In this document: piece after piece, positions 42,285 through 61,541 of the stretch | How the letters are laid out: each line of letters begins with the position of its first letter | How positions within the stretch are numbered: the first letter of the stretch is position 1 | Origin: Eledone cirrhosa | Taxonomy: Eukaryota | Reading direction: 5' to 3' | Assembly: GCA_964016885.1 (NCBI GenBank) | Contig: OZ024743.1 | Location: 310,186,001 to 310,250,000, forward strand | Length of the DNA stretch: 64,000 nt | Position numbers and translations under genes: made by a program | The notes under the pieces: model-generated | Seen by the model: the letters and a program-made list of their open reading frames with translations, nothing else | The model's database searches: none | What the model was told of the DNA's origin: nothing

Positions 42285-42570
42285 GTGAATTTTAGGATGA
42301 TTTTGCATGTTATTGTTATCTAAGTATTTAATTTAACTCATATAGCCAGCTCTATGTAAAGCATCATTGTAATATTCTGCCTTATTATCAAAATTATTTT
42401 TATTAGCTGAAATGCGTGAAATTCGTTACTGGACACTATTGACAATAGTATTTTTTACATTTCTAGGATGGTTAGAATGGAATCTTACGTAGCTCAGGTT
42501 TTCATTAATCTTATGGAAAGGGTGATATAGACATGAGCTAAGGTTTAAAGTTACATCTTAGAAGTTAATC
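41910..42570 (-). pseudogene. Naiad RT thumb/linker fragment
   Basis: HSNHP, WYSPPFSLGVKT, FNRHTITLSYST. Confidence 0.8.
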
Positions 42571-43084
42571 AACGATAAATCAACGATAAATCAAAGAGAT
42601 TTGAACTCATCAGGAAATAACTCAATTGGACAAATATTATTCTACCATGATCCCCTTCAGAAAAGAATTCAAAATGGTTAAGAATCATCACGTGGCCAGT
42701 GGTCAAGGCAGAAAGTTTGTGATTGGTGCCTGTCGGCGAGTAAGCTGGTTGCTAGAAAGCGCAGCTGAATACTGCCTAAAGTCTTACTTAATCTTACGGG
42801 AGTATATAAAATTTAAAGGGTATATACATATAAACTAGACAAAGTCATAGATACATATATATGATTTTGGCAACCATTCACGGTGTGGATCAATGAAAAA
42901 TTAATTAAATAATTAATAATCAGAGCAATATATAAAAAAGTAAGTCCATAGAATCATTAGACAAAATATATACAGTATTTCTCCTCCCAACCAGTATAAA
43001 TCAACCACACACAAAAAGAAATATATATATTATATATTATATATAGTATATATAAATATATATGATATATATTTTATAATTTTT

Positions 43085-43310
43085 GGCAGAGGTCAGCGAC
43101 TGTTAGGCTCTGTTGAACACCAACAGTGTGAAACAGATCTGTCAGCTTATCTGCCTTCCTTTGCTGAAAAAAGAAGTAAGTGACATAATAACTACTTTAA
43201 AATAATAGTGAAAGGTCTTCAAAATGTTTTTAATTAAACATACTGTATATTGCCAAATATACTATACATACATTCATGTAAACATCGCTATTTCAGAGCA
43301 CCAATCCTAA
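43085..43310 (+). mobile_element. Diverged solo retrozyme monomer fragment
   Basis: Homologous to the 318-bp unit; HHR aggct CTGTTGA acac caaca gtgt GAAAC agatct GTC agctt. Confidence 0.7.
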
Positions 43311-43346
43311 TACATAAATATGTGTATATATATATATATATGTATC

Positions 43347-43501
<155 letters not shown>

Positions 43502-43502
43502 T

Positions 43503-43544
<42 letters not shown>

Positions 43545-43624
43545 CATATTTGTGTGTGTGTATATATGTCTGTATGTGTCTATATATATATATAATGTGT
43601 ATATATATATATGTATATATAACC

Positions 43625-43965
43625 AAATGTTAAAACAAGGTTCATTGATTATTCAATGAATATAGTTTTACAATAGATTAAAAGCACTAAAAAATGAAGT
43701 TTTGTGGAGTTAGTAATATTATTCAAAATATTAATAAATGGATACATTCACATAATCAAAATATATGTCTTATTATATATATTTCACTGCCAAGACTGAA
43801 ATTAAACCATCAGCACGGTTGAGGTATGTCATACATCAATTTATGTATTTCATCTGTTGAGGACGTACTGAAAAAACAGCGCAGTACCTCCGAAATATAT
43901 ATAATAAAACATATATTTTGATTATGTGAATGTATCCATTTATTAATATTTTGAATAATATATGT
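43625..43965. mobile_element. Short inverted element with HHR-like motif at 43845-43912 (+)
   Basis: 43716-43785 is the reverse complement of 43892-43960; stem II gga-gtactg/cagtac-tcc. Confidence 0.65.
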
Positions 43966-43969
43966 TGAT

Positions 43970-45241
<1,272 letters not shown>

Positions 45242-45244
45242 AGC

Positions 45245-45798
45245 TTGTACACTGAAATATAGCTTAAGAGAAACTTAACAATAAGGAGAGGCACTACTGA
45301 TTTGAACCTGTTTATAGAATTCTATCTGCATTTGTCTCTAAATACAGCTTTAAAGAATTACCTTTTAAATAATTCCCCTTTCTCTAAATCCATCAACCAA
45401 TGACCTCCACCCATTCTGTAGACACCTGAAATATAGGCATTGTTAGCTTAAGAGAAACTTAAAAATAAGGAGTGGCACTCGAATATAAACTTGTTTATAG
45501 AATTCTTATTGTCACTCTAAATATAAATTATAGCTATAAAGAATTAGCTTTTAAAGAATTCCCTTTTCTTTAAACCCATCAACAAATGACCTCCACCCAT
45601 CCCATTCTCCACCCTCTCCTACAACCAGAAAAGATACAAATACCACCATATTTACTTGGACAGTAAGTTTCTTGAAGATTTCTGATGAATGAAACAGTTC
45701 TAGTTCTGTAGAAGCTTTTCTATATTAAACATATATACCCTGCACTGTATTGAGTACCTAACTTACTGTGGTTAACTCCGGTTGAACCCGAGATAACT
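45245..45798 (+). mobile_element. Diverged family D copy
   Basis: Similar to 32360-32560 and the reverse complement of 31949-32030; internal duplication; degenerate HHR near 45665-45717. Confidence 0.7.
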
Positions 45799-45818
45799 TA
45801 TATATGTATAATATATAT

Positions 45819-45882
<64 letters not shown>

Positions 45883-45887
<5 letters not shown>

Positions 45888-46086
45888 AAGTATGACCCCG
45901 ACGGCAGAGCTCAAGCCGTTTAGATTCACCAGGCTAAAATTCAAATTTAGTCCAGAAATAGCCGTCGAAACGGCTTGAGCTCTGCCGTCGGGGTCATACT
46001 TTTTCCTATTTCCCACTCTACTACCCTAAGTATTGAGTACTCTGGTGCGTTATGATCCATCTGGTTCCTTACCACAATTCCTTTGT

Positions 46087-46088
<2 letters not shown>
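45883..46088. mobile_element. Palindromic PLE-terminus fragment (38-bp arms) with half-HHR
   Basis: 45883-45920 is the reverse complement of 45968-46006; second copy at 61583-61638. Confidence 0.6.
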
Positions 46089-46118
<30 letters not shown>

Positions 46119-46136
46119 TATATAATTTATATATAT

Positions 46137-46285
46137 AATCGTTTCTACTTTTGGCACAAGGCCTGCAAAATACCCAGTACATTGCTGGTACTTTATTTTA
46201 TCGACCTAGTAAGGATGAAAGGATAAGTTAACCTCGGCGGGATTTGAACTCAGATCGTAATGGGACGTAACTGTGCTGGAAAGCA
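46137..46285 (-). mobile_element. tRNA-derived SINE
   Basis: Reverse complement of SINE family. Confidence 0.85.
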
Positions 46286-46361
46286 TGTCTGACCCTCTAC
46301 CGATAATTATATATATATATAACATATGTGTAATATATATATATATAATATATATATATAC

Positions 46362-46419
<58 letters not shown>

Positions 46420-46464
46420 AAATAATGAATAAACAAAGAAACAGTTCCTTATATTAAACAAATT

Positions 46465-46604
46465 CATCATTTTACGATCGTTTCTAGGATATTTATGTGT
46501 TTGAGTTGGTATGCATATTCTATAGATCTATGTACAATATTTATACAAACTATCAGAGGGAATATACATACCTACACATATATATGCTGTCTTCAGAAAT
46601 AATG
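46465..46604 (-). ncRNA. Type I HHR with ~105-nt stem II
   Basis: cattattt CTGAAGA ...ggtatgtatattc/gaatatgcatacc... GAAAC gatc GTA aaatgatg. Confidence 0.75.
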
Positions 46605-47238
46605 ATATTTGTTTATTGAAAAAAACAAAGATTTAATACAATAGGTATGTTTGGGAACAGGTTTTGAATTGACCAATAGAGAGATAGTGAGGGTCAAGAT
46701 AGTAATATAGTAGTAGAAGAACCTTAAATCATGGGTAGAGGAAGGTAGATTTTAGTTTTGGATGGAAAAGAATATTATGAATTAAGGATTATTTTAGGGA
46801 AGAAAATAGGTCGTATGCTGCACTCAGAAATAATTTTATTTGTTCATTGAATAAAACCAACAAAGATCTAATATATTCTGTCTGTTTGGTAAAATGTTTA
46901 GAATTAACCAATAGAAAGTTAATCATTGGCCAAATGGTAAAATAGTAGTAATTGAAGCTTATTTTAGGGGTGAAAATAGGTCAGGTCAGTAAAAGGTATA
47001 CGAACAGTTGTTGTTATAAAATAGTAATGCCAATGCAAATATCTAAGGAGACTAAAGTTTTACGATAAGAGTCTTAGTGAAAAAAATACATCTATGAAAA
47101 TAATATAAATTATTTTAATTGATGGGTTTATTTATATTGATAAAATTATACTAATACATATAGATATGATAAATAAGAGTTAGATGCAGTTGAAAAGTGC
47201 TGCTAAAGATGAGGGGAAATTAAGAGAATATAAAAATA

Positions 47239-47276
<38 letters not shown>

Positions 47277-47278
<2 letters not shown>

Positions 47279-47473
47279 GTTATTCCGGGTTGAATCGGAG
47301 GTAACCACAGTAAGTAAGGTACTCAATACATAGCAGAGTATAACAGTTTTAATATAGATGAGATTCTACAGGACTAGAACTGTTTCATTCATTTGAAATC
47401 ATCAGGAAACTCCTGATGATTTCAAATGAATGAAACAGTTATAGTCCTGTAGAATCTCATCTATATTAAAACT
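47277..47473. mobile_element. Family D fold-back mini-element
   Basis: Palindrome centred near 47409 with back-to-back HHRs. Confidence 0.85.
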
Positions 47474-47491
47474 ATATATATATATATATAT

Positions 47492-47632
<141 letters not shown>

Positions 47633-48020
47633 TATATATATACACGCATATATACATATATACATATATATATACACACACATACACACTTACATATACA
47701 TATAATTATTGGGGGGAGGGATTAAATTTATTAGTGAGAAATAATAAATATATATAGATTTCAAGGAACATAGAGTCATAACCTGAAGTTAAAGCATTAT
47801 ATATGTTTACTTAATGGTATCAGTTTTAGGAAATGATAGTTGTAAGAAGGAAAGTAAAATTTTGTAGTTCATCAGTAGTAGAATATTAATTATAGGTTAA
47901 CTAAATTAAAAATAGTTTATATATTAATTTCTAAAGTGTATATTAATTAGGTTTATAATATTTAAATGTTTTTCTCAGTTTATGATTCCACGATATTATT
48001 AATTCCTGTCGCGGAATAAG

Positions 48021-48210
48021 GGAGGTGGATTGGCAGTATCGGCAGAGGGTCGGGCGCCATGCTTTGAAGCATATAATTACCTCCCTTTATGATCTGAGTT
48101 CAAATCCCGCCGAGGTTAACTTTACCTTTCATCCTTACGGGGTCGATAAAATAAAGTACCAGTAATGCACTGGGATAATTGCTGGCCTGGTGCCAAAAGT
48201 AGAAACAATT
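48021..48210 (+). mobile_element. Full-length SINE with 18-bp target-site duplication
   Basis: attattaattcctgtcgc at 47995-48012 and 48208-48225; empty site visible in the sister copy near 39450-39490. Confidence 0.9.
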
Positions 48211-48734
48211 ATTAATTCCTGTCGCTTATTTAATAGGATATCCTTAGATTTCATTATTTCAAAAAGTTCTTGGGAACATAATCTACTATTTTGATAAGGG
48301 GTGGCCCTTTTGAGCACACTCCAGGTCATAATCCATATTCCTCTTTCTATAACTATTAATTATTTCAGCTAGAGATGTTGTATTAGCTAGTGCGGCATTT
48401 TTAAAACTATGTTTGTGGGTATTAAATCTTACCTTAAATTTGTTAGAGGTAGCTCCTATATATGAATAAATTGAGTCCTTAGTGTTAACTTTACATTTAT
48501 ATACTATGTTATTAACAAGGCAATTTCCTTTTAATGGACAGTTTGCCTTGTTTCTACAGTTACAACTTTTCGTGAATCCTGTATCTGAAGAGATATTATG
48601 GTTAGTTTGATGTACTGGTGGTATACTCATGGTTTTTTTTACATTTATATGCATTATAGGCACTTATATTTTGTTTTATGTTTTTGGTTGTTGAGTAAGA
48701 GAATTTAACCGTTGATCAACGGTTAAATTCTCCT

Positions 48735-50545
48735 GGCGTTGGTGCAAATATGTTTATATTGTATAATAACATAATCATATTTATAGTTCGGTATATCCCT
48801 GTATATAGTTTTGTGCAAATATGTTTATAATGTATAATAACATAATCATAATTATAGTTCGGTATCACCCTATATATAGTTTGTACAAATATATTTATAT
48901 TGTATAATAACATAATCATAATTAGAGTTCGGTCTTCCCTAGAAGGTAGAACTAATGTATTGATTTAATATAATATATGAACAAATAATAACAAATAATC
49001 ATTTATAGTCCTCTTATTATGATCAATGCACATAGCTCTGATTCATATGATTCATCGAGCGCTTGCCACACATATCGGACGTTGATTTTTGTTAATTCCT
49101 GAGCTGAAAACGATTCTCGCTAATTTATATTTGTATTAATCTCCAGAGTCTAGCTATTGAGCAGTTAATTTTATTGATTTTTTCAGTTACTTATATTGAC
49201 TGTTGAATAGCTCTGTTATATTTAACCATTCTGTCGAGAGCTTTATTCGATTTGTGATATTTTGCATTCTCGCAATAATACACAACTGAATCATTCGCTT
49301 AATAGAGGTGTTACCTCCCTTGATGAATCCCACGAGGGGTCAGTAATAGCCACACTATCTATAGCATCTTGGAGCAAAACCCGTTAATAACACGACTGCC
49401 TTGTTCATCATCTCACCAGAAGCCCAACATTCTTTATGTAGGCGGACAGTACCTGATTTGGAGTCGCAGAAACCAATACTGGATTTTACCATCAGTCCAG
49501 GGTCCGGGAAAGTATCAACACATATATTTTTATTGTTTGACCCGAATTACTTGGTCGTTTTCTTTTGGCTGTGCGGATGATATGTTTAACCATCATCTCA
49601 GTGTGTTTGGCCCTTAACGTATGTTGTAGCTCTGATTCATATGATTCATCGAGCGCTTGCCACACATATCGGACGTCGTTGATTTTAGTTAATTCCTGAG
49701 CTGAAAACGATTCTCGCTAATTTATATTTATATATAACTGAAAACTCTGGTTTAATTATTATACTTTAGACACTATAACTATTTAACAATACATTCCTTG
49801 ATAGTTATAACAGTAAATACTTCATAAACTATACATACGGAAAATGTTGACACTGTTACAAGTAATTTGGTTAAAGATTACCTTTGTGTGAATATTGAAC
49901 AGTATATATTTTTCTTTCGCGGGCCTAGTAAATCCTTTAAATTTGTTTTCATAAAACTTTGAATTTTAGAAATTTAACACATTTATAAAATTTATAAAAT
50001 TTATAAAATTAATACAAATAACCATCAACTTTTAAACCTAAAATGTTGATTCTTTACCCTAAAATAACATAAATTGAATATTTTGAAATTTAACTGCCAA
50101 CGCGTTTATATGTGTCCGAAGAAAGTTTGTGTATAAATTACTCGCCTTTATCTCTCCCTCTCTTTAATTAACTATCAGTTGCATTCTCAAGCTAAAAATT
50201 AAAAAAAAATTATAACTCCAGATACGTCTTGCAGTAGTATTCCAGACTTTAAAATCTCTATAGCTGTTACATTAAAGCAATGTTTCTCTTACTCACACCC
50301 TCTCTATTGATTCTATTACGTTTTCGCATGTTCTCATTATTAGGGTATAAATATTGAGTTTTCTCTTAAGTAAATCACGACCTTGATTAAATCTTAACCA
50401 TCTAACATGTCAGAGTATGTCATCTATCATTTTATTTTATCTGACGAGGACGTACTGTTGAACCTGATTCAAGTAGTTCTGAATTATGTATAATAAAATT
50501 TAATTGATCAAAAGAATATCTATTTTGTTAATATTTGAATTAATA
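48735..50545 (+). mobile_element. Family B copy with HHR at 50434-50499 (GAAA mutated to GAAT)
   Basis: Reverse complement of 2148-3720. Confidence 0.75.
49033..49729. mobile_element. ~700-bp insert with ~100-bp terminal redundancy (594-bp period)
   Basis: 49033-49131 repeats 49627-49729; absent from the family B copy near 3100, which has only a short TA run there. Confidence 0.8.
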
Positions 50546-54432
<3,887 letters not shown>

Positions 54433-54436
54433 ATAA

Positions 54437-54490
54437 ATAGCTGGCCCGTCCGGCTGGCGCCCGGCTACCATAGGCCTGTTCTACGGCATC

Positions 54491-54492
<2 letters not shown>
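54437..54492 (-). mobile_element. Possible isolated Helitron 3' terminus
   Basis: Minus strand ccgggcgccagccgg hairpin then cagcta; resembles ends at 54795 and 56590. Confidence 0.35.
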
Positions 54493-54525
<33 letters not shown>

Positions 54526-54526
<1 letters not shown>

Positions 54527-54704
54527 CGTAGGTCCCGGGTTGAGTCGGGGATAACCACAGTATGTAAGGTACTCAATACATGGCAGAGTAAAGTTTTTTA
54601 TTTTATAGAAGGAGCTTCTACAGGACTAGTACTGTTTCATTCAGATGAAATCTTCAGGAAGATTTCATCTGAATGAAACAGTACTAGTCCTGTAGAAGCT
54701 CCTT

Positions 54705-54710
<6 letters not shown>
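54526..54710. mobile_element. Family D fold-back mini-element
   Basis: Palindrome centred near 54657. Confidence 0.85.
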
Positions 54711-54791
<81 letters not shown>

Positions 54792-54837
54792 TTATAGCTG
54801 ACGTACCTTGCTTCGCTTGGATAAACAGACGATATGC

Positions 54838-56420
<1,583 letters not shown>

Positions 56421-56589
56421 ACCGAATATATGATCATATATATAATTAATTAAAAGTTGGTTAGAAACGAAATCAATGCAGACAGGCAGAACATACAGAC
56501 AGATATTATAAGCGCGCTACGTTATAGCTATGTATCTATCTAAAAAGACAGAGTAAGAAAGAGAGTCGAATGTCGTATTGTATATATTA

Positions 56590-56749
56590 CTAGCAGAATG
56601 GCCCGGCGTTACTCGGGATTTGCTCTAGGGTTCTGATATATTTGATATATATTTATCCTTATTGAGCCTCGTGAAATAAATACGTTTAATTACATTTTGT
56701 TATTGTGTATGCAAAAATATCTGTACACGAATATATAATTATATATATA
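56590..56749 (-). mobile_element. Helitron 3' segment
   Basis: Minus strand cccgagtaacgccggg-ccattctg-CTAG; homologous to 55170-55320. Confidence 0.75.
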
Positions 56750-57787
56750 TCTACTTATATATATAACCAACAATTTCTCTGTCTGTCTGTCCGACAGTGG
56801 AAACACGTGCGTAGAGAGAGAGTGAGAGTGAAAGAAAGAGACAGACTACGAGAGGGGGATATCGGGAGGGAGAGAGGGAGAGAGAGAAAGTGAATAGACG
56901 CTAAAACACGTGCTACAGAAATATTACCTTCCCCTTCCTTTCTCCAAGAGAAACACTGTCGCTATAGAAACATTACCTTCCCCTCTCCACTGACTTTGGT
57001 CACTGAGGCCGAGGGAATCGCTGGTTGCTATAGAGACACCTTGCACAAGCCAGAAGTAACCAGTTCGATGCGGTTCTGACTTGACACCATACGAAGAAGT
57101 TTGCCATTGAATTTGTGGTTTGAAGAAGGTTGCCATTAAATTTGTGGTTGTTGCTGCTGATAATAAGGACCATTTGAAGAAGGTTGCCATTGAATTTGTG
57201 ATTGTTGCTGCTGATAATAAGGACCATTTGAAGAAGGTTGCTGCTGATGAGGTAATTTATTAATCAGATTGCGCAGTTCCATAACCTACGTTTGATTTGT
57301 TTAATTGTTTTCTTCAATTTTTTTTTTATTTTTTTATTTCTTATTGAAAAAATATAAATAATAAAATAAGGTTAGAAATTTAAATACAATTAAATACGAT
57401 TTAATTTCCATTTCCAGCAGCCAATGTCCAGTGTTCAATTTCATGAAAAAATTGGAAATAATTCTAAAAATTGAAGTTTAACTTTTGAACATTTGTTTTG
57501 ACAATAAAAAATATTTCCTTATTCACACCTAATGGTATGAGTAAAATTTAATAGGATTATTTTTTTATAACCGCCAGTTATTTATTTTCTCATTTTTCAT
57601 TTTAACATATATTTATTTCAAAGATTTCACCGTATAGATAACATATATATTTATACATGCATAAAAGACACACCGAGAGCTGGTGAACATGTGGTGCCGA
57701 AAACATTTCTCATCCAAATCTCAACAATATCAGTATATACACTAGATTTACTAGCAGAAAACCGCCCACCGGGTGGTTTTCTGCTAG
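56750..57787 (+). mobile_element. Non-autonomous Helitron, tandem copy 1
   Basis: 5' TC, (tctg)n, 3' palindrome ending CTAG; internal ~55-bp repeats at 57090-57250. Confidence 0.75.
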
Positions 57788-58970
57788 TCTCCTTATCATA
57801 TATAACCAGCAATTTCTCTGTCTGTCTGTCCGACCGTAGAAACACGCGCGCGCGTGCGAATGTTTTTTGGGCACGCGTAGAGAGAAAGTGAGAGAGTGAG
57901 AGTGAAAGAAAGAGACAAACTACAAGGTGGGGGGATAGCGCGAGGGAGAGAGGGGGGAATTGAGGAGTGCTAGAGAAACATATATACATTTCTAAGTGTG
58001 TGTAATATATATATATATACACACACAGAAATATATATATATACACACAGAAATATATATACATTTCTAAGTGTGTGTAATATATATATATATATACACA
58101 CAGAAATATATATACATTTCTGTGTGTGTAATATATATATATATACACACACAGAAATATATATACATTTCTGTGTGTGTAATATATATATATACACACA
58201 CAGAAATATATGGGCATTTCACTGTTTGTGTGTCTGTCTGTCCTTCCTTAAAACTCAAATGTAGGTGCTACAGAAATATTACCTTCCCCTTCCTTTCTCC
58301 ACTTTGGTACTACCAAGAGAAACACTGTCGCTATAGAAACATTACCTTCCCCTCTCCACTGACTTTGGTCACTGAGGCCGAGGGAATCGCTGGTTGCTAT
58401 AGAGACACCTTGCACAAGCCAGAAGTAACCAGTTCGAGGCGGTTCTGATTTGATACCATGCCAAGTCTATTTATAATATATTTCTCTGTTTGTTTGTTTG
58501 TCTGTCCGTCTGTAAAAAATGCCAAGGAAACAAATAGACGCGGTTTCAAATCTCTATGCTTTTCAAATTCATTATATTAATCTTTATTTATACGTTTCGC
58601 TTTACGAGTGTTTCGACTTACGAGTGTTTCGGCTTACGAGTGTTTCGGCTTATCATTATATATATACGTTTCTATTTCCATCGTTTTATCGTAAAAGTTT
58701 ATATATTTCCATCGTTATATCATAACGTTTATGTATCATAACGTTTATATTTCCGTCACTAATCACTTTTTCTCCTTTTTCGTTTTAACATATATTTATT
58801 TCAAAGATTTCACCGTATAGATAACATATATATTTATACATGCATAAAAGACACACCGAGAGACGGTGAACATGTGGTGCCGAAAACATTTCTCATCCAA
58901 ATCTCAACAATATCAGTATATACACTAGTTTTGCTAGCAGAAAACCGCCCATCGGGTGGTTTTCTGCTAG
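57788..58970 (+). mobile_element. Non-autonomous Helitron, tandem copy 2
   Basis: Starts TC directly after CTAG; shares 5', middle and 3' blocks with copy 1. Confidence 0.75.
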
Positions 58971-60090
58971 TCTATATATCTAAAACAGAGAATATCTGTC
59001 TGTCTGTCTGTCAGCTCACTAAAACTTGAGAACCATCCAACCGATTGTTTTCAAACTTTACACATGTCCTGTGAGTGTTTTGAGCAAAATATATATAAAA
59101 TTTTCAATGCTCTAGGGACCGCATTAGGCGATTTAGTAATCTCTCTCTATAATTCTTAGTCTTTCTTTTTAGATAGATACATAGATATAACGTTGCACCC
59201 TTATAATATCTGTCTGTATGTCTGGCTCTCTGCATTAGGTCATTATGACGCGTTCAGTGTGTGTGTGTGTGTATATATGTATCGTAATGCAGACAGCAAG
59301 ACATACAGACTGATAATATAAGGGCGCACACAAACTCACACACACACGCGCGCGCACGTACACACACACGCAATAGTTGTTCCACTGTCAACTCTCAAAA
59401 GACGGCGTCTGTCACTCTCTCTCTCTCTCTCTTTCTCTCCCGCTATCCTCCTCTTTTAGTCTGTCTGTTTCTTTCACACTCACTCTTTCTCTCTGTAACT
59501 CGTTCACATTTCTCCCCTCTATCGAAAAACGCTGTGACGAATGGGGAGAAGGAGGAGGAGGAGTAGAGAGCCACTTCTTCACTTCGCCTCTCCGTTTCTT
59601 TCTCTCCCCTCTCACTCTCTCATTATGTACAGACATTGGCCACTTCACTAATTCGATCCCTAGGTCAGAATAATTGGAAATTTTTTTCGCTCAAAATACT
59701 ACCGGGCCATACGGGTTACATGTGTAAAGGTTTAAAAAAACGGTTGGGTACTTCTCGAGTTTTAGGGAAACAGACACACAGCCAGACATCCTCTGTTTTA
59801 TATATATAGATCTATATATCTAAAAGAGAGAATTCTGTCTGTCTGACTCCCTAACATTCGAGAAGTACCCAACCGTTTTTTTTTGCAAACATTACACATG
59901 TAATACTTATGGACGTGTGAGTGTTTTGAGCAAAAAAACATTCAAATTATTCTGACCTAGAGACAGCATTCGGCGAAAAAGCGATCTCTGTCTTTTTAGA
60001 TAGATACATACCTATAACGTCGAGGCCTTATAATATCTGTCTGTATGTCTGTCTGTCTGCATTACGACATTATGACACTATCTATGTGTG
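58971..60090. mobile_element. Three further Helitron 5' segments (58971 +, 59810 -, 59811 +)
   Basis: tctatatatctaaaa.agag-(tctg)n heads; shared block ttataatatctgtctgtatgtct. Confidence 0.7.
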
Positions 60091-60139
60091 TGTGTATATA
60101 TGTATATATAGTGTTTGTATATATATATATATATATAGT

Positions 60140-61541
60140 AAAAAATTGAACGGGAACAAAACAGAGAGGCAGTACGAACAAAAGTGTCCGAGCGGGGAGG
60201 GCTGAAGGTGGTGTGTGTCTGTAGGTGTACGTGTGTGTGTGTGTGTATCTGAAAGTAAGAGTTGGGGGAAGAACGGGGTTGCATGTTCAGGAAGAGGTGT
60301 GTGTGGGGTGGGGTGTAGGTCGGAGTGTGTGTGCGTGTGTGGATGGGGAGGGGTCAGAGGGGTGGGGGGAGTGGATTCTGGAGGCTGAGTGTGTAAATAT
60401 GTGGTGGTACGCACGTGTGTGTGTGGTGTTTATGCGTCTTGTGGATGTAGGTGGCGTGTGGCAAACAAATTGTTTTGAGTGTATGTCATTGGGTGAGTCC
60501 TGAAGGTAGTTCCGTAGAGGATGTGGTGGAATGCTGGGTAATATCCTTGGGATGTGGTGAATTCTAAGGATCGATGTTCAATATGTGTAATCCGTGAAGA
60601 GATTGGTCGGAAGAGAGGAGATGTGGGGTGCGCGCGCAACAGGAAGTGGTCAGAGGGTAAAGACAGGAGGAGGGTTGTGTGTCTGTGTGTGCGGGGAGGT
60701 GGTCAGAGATAAGGGCATAGCAGCAGTCGGGTAGAATGGTAAGTGAAGAAAGTCGGTGTGTCAGTGTGTGCGGAGGTGCGGTGGACAGGGGAGAGGATGG
60801 GTAGGTGTGAAAGTTGGAGTGAGGAGGGTGTGTGTGTGTGTATTAGTAGAGGTGTTAGTGGGATGTGTGTGTGTGTGAGAAAGGGTGTGGGTGGAGCGGG
60901 GAGAGAAGTATGTGGGAGGTCGGGTTGGGGTGGGGGGAGTGTAGAGTACTGGTGTGTGTGTGCGTGCTTGGATGAGTGTATGTGTGGTGAAGGGGTGTTA
61001 GTGGGTGTTAGTATACTGGAGGTGGGGAAAGGGTTGAATGCGGGTGTGAGTGGGGGTCAGTGGTGGTAGGGTGTGTAGAGTGGGTGGTGTAAGAGGGTGT
61101 GTGTGTTCGTGTGTGTAGGGTTGGAGGGTGTTAGTGATGTTAGTTGCGTGTAGAGTGGGTGGTGTAAGTGGGTGTGTGTGTTCGTGTGCGTGGGGTCGTG
61201 GGGTGATAGTGATGTTAGTTGCGGGGGGGGGGATGTGTGGGGGTGAGGGTTAGTGGTGGTAGTAGGGTGTGTGTTTAGTGTGAGCGCGTGTATATATGTA
61301 CCGGTGGGTGTGTGCGTATGATAAGGAGAGGGGGGGGACTAGAAGGGAGGGATGTTAGTATGTTAGTTGGGGAAGGCTGGTCGGGTGTGGGGTGGAGGTG
61401 TTAGTATTTTAGTTGTAGGGTGGGCGGTGAAAAGGAGGGGTGTGTTACTGGGGGATATGTGTGAGGGTAGGGGGGCGGTCGAAGGCTAAAGTAATAAGGG
61501 TGGGGAGTTCAGGCCGGGGGGAGTGTGGGTCTGTATGGTGA

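Noticed and set aside
60840-61420. Telomeric repeat array
   Set aside because: Only scattered gttag motifs, no tandem TTAGGG
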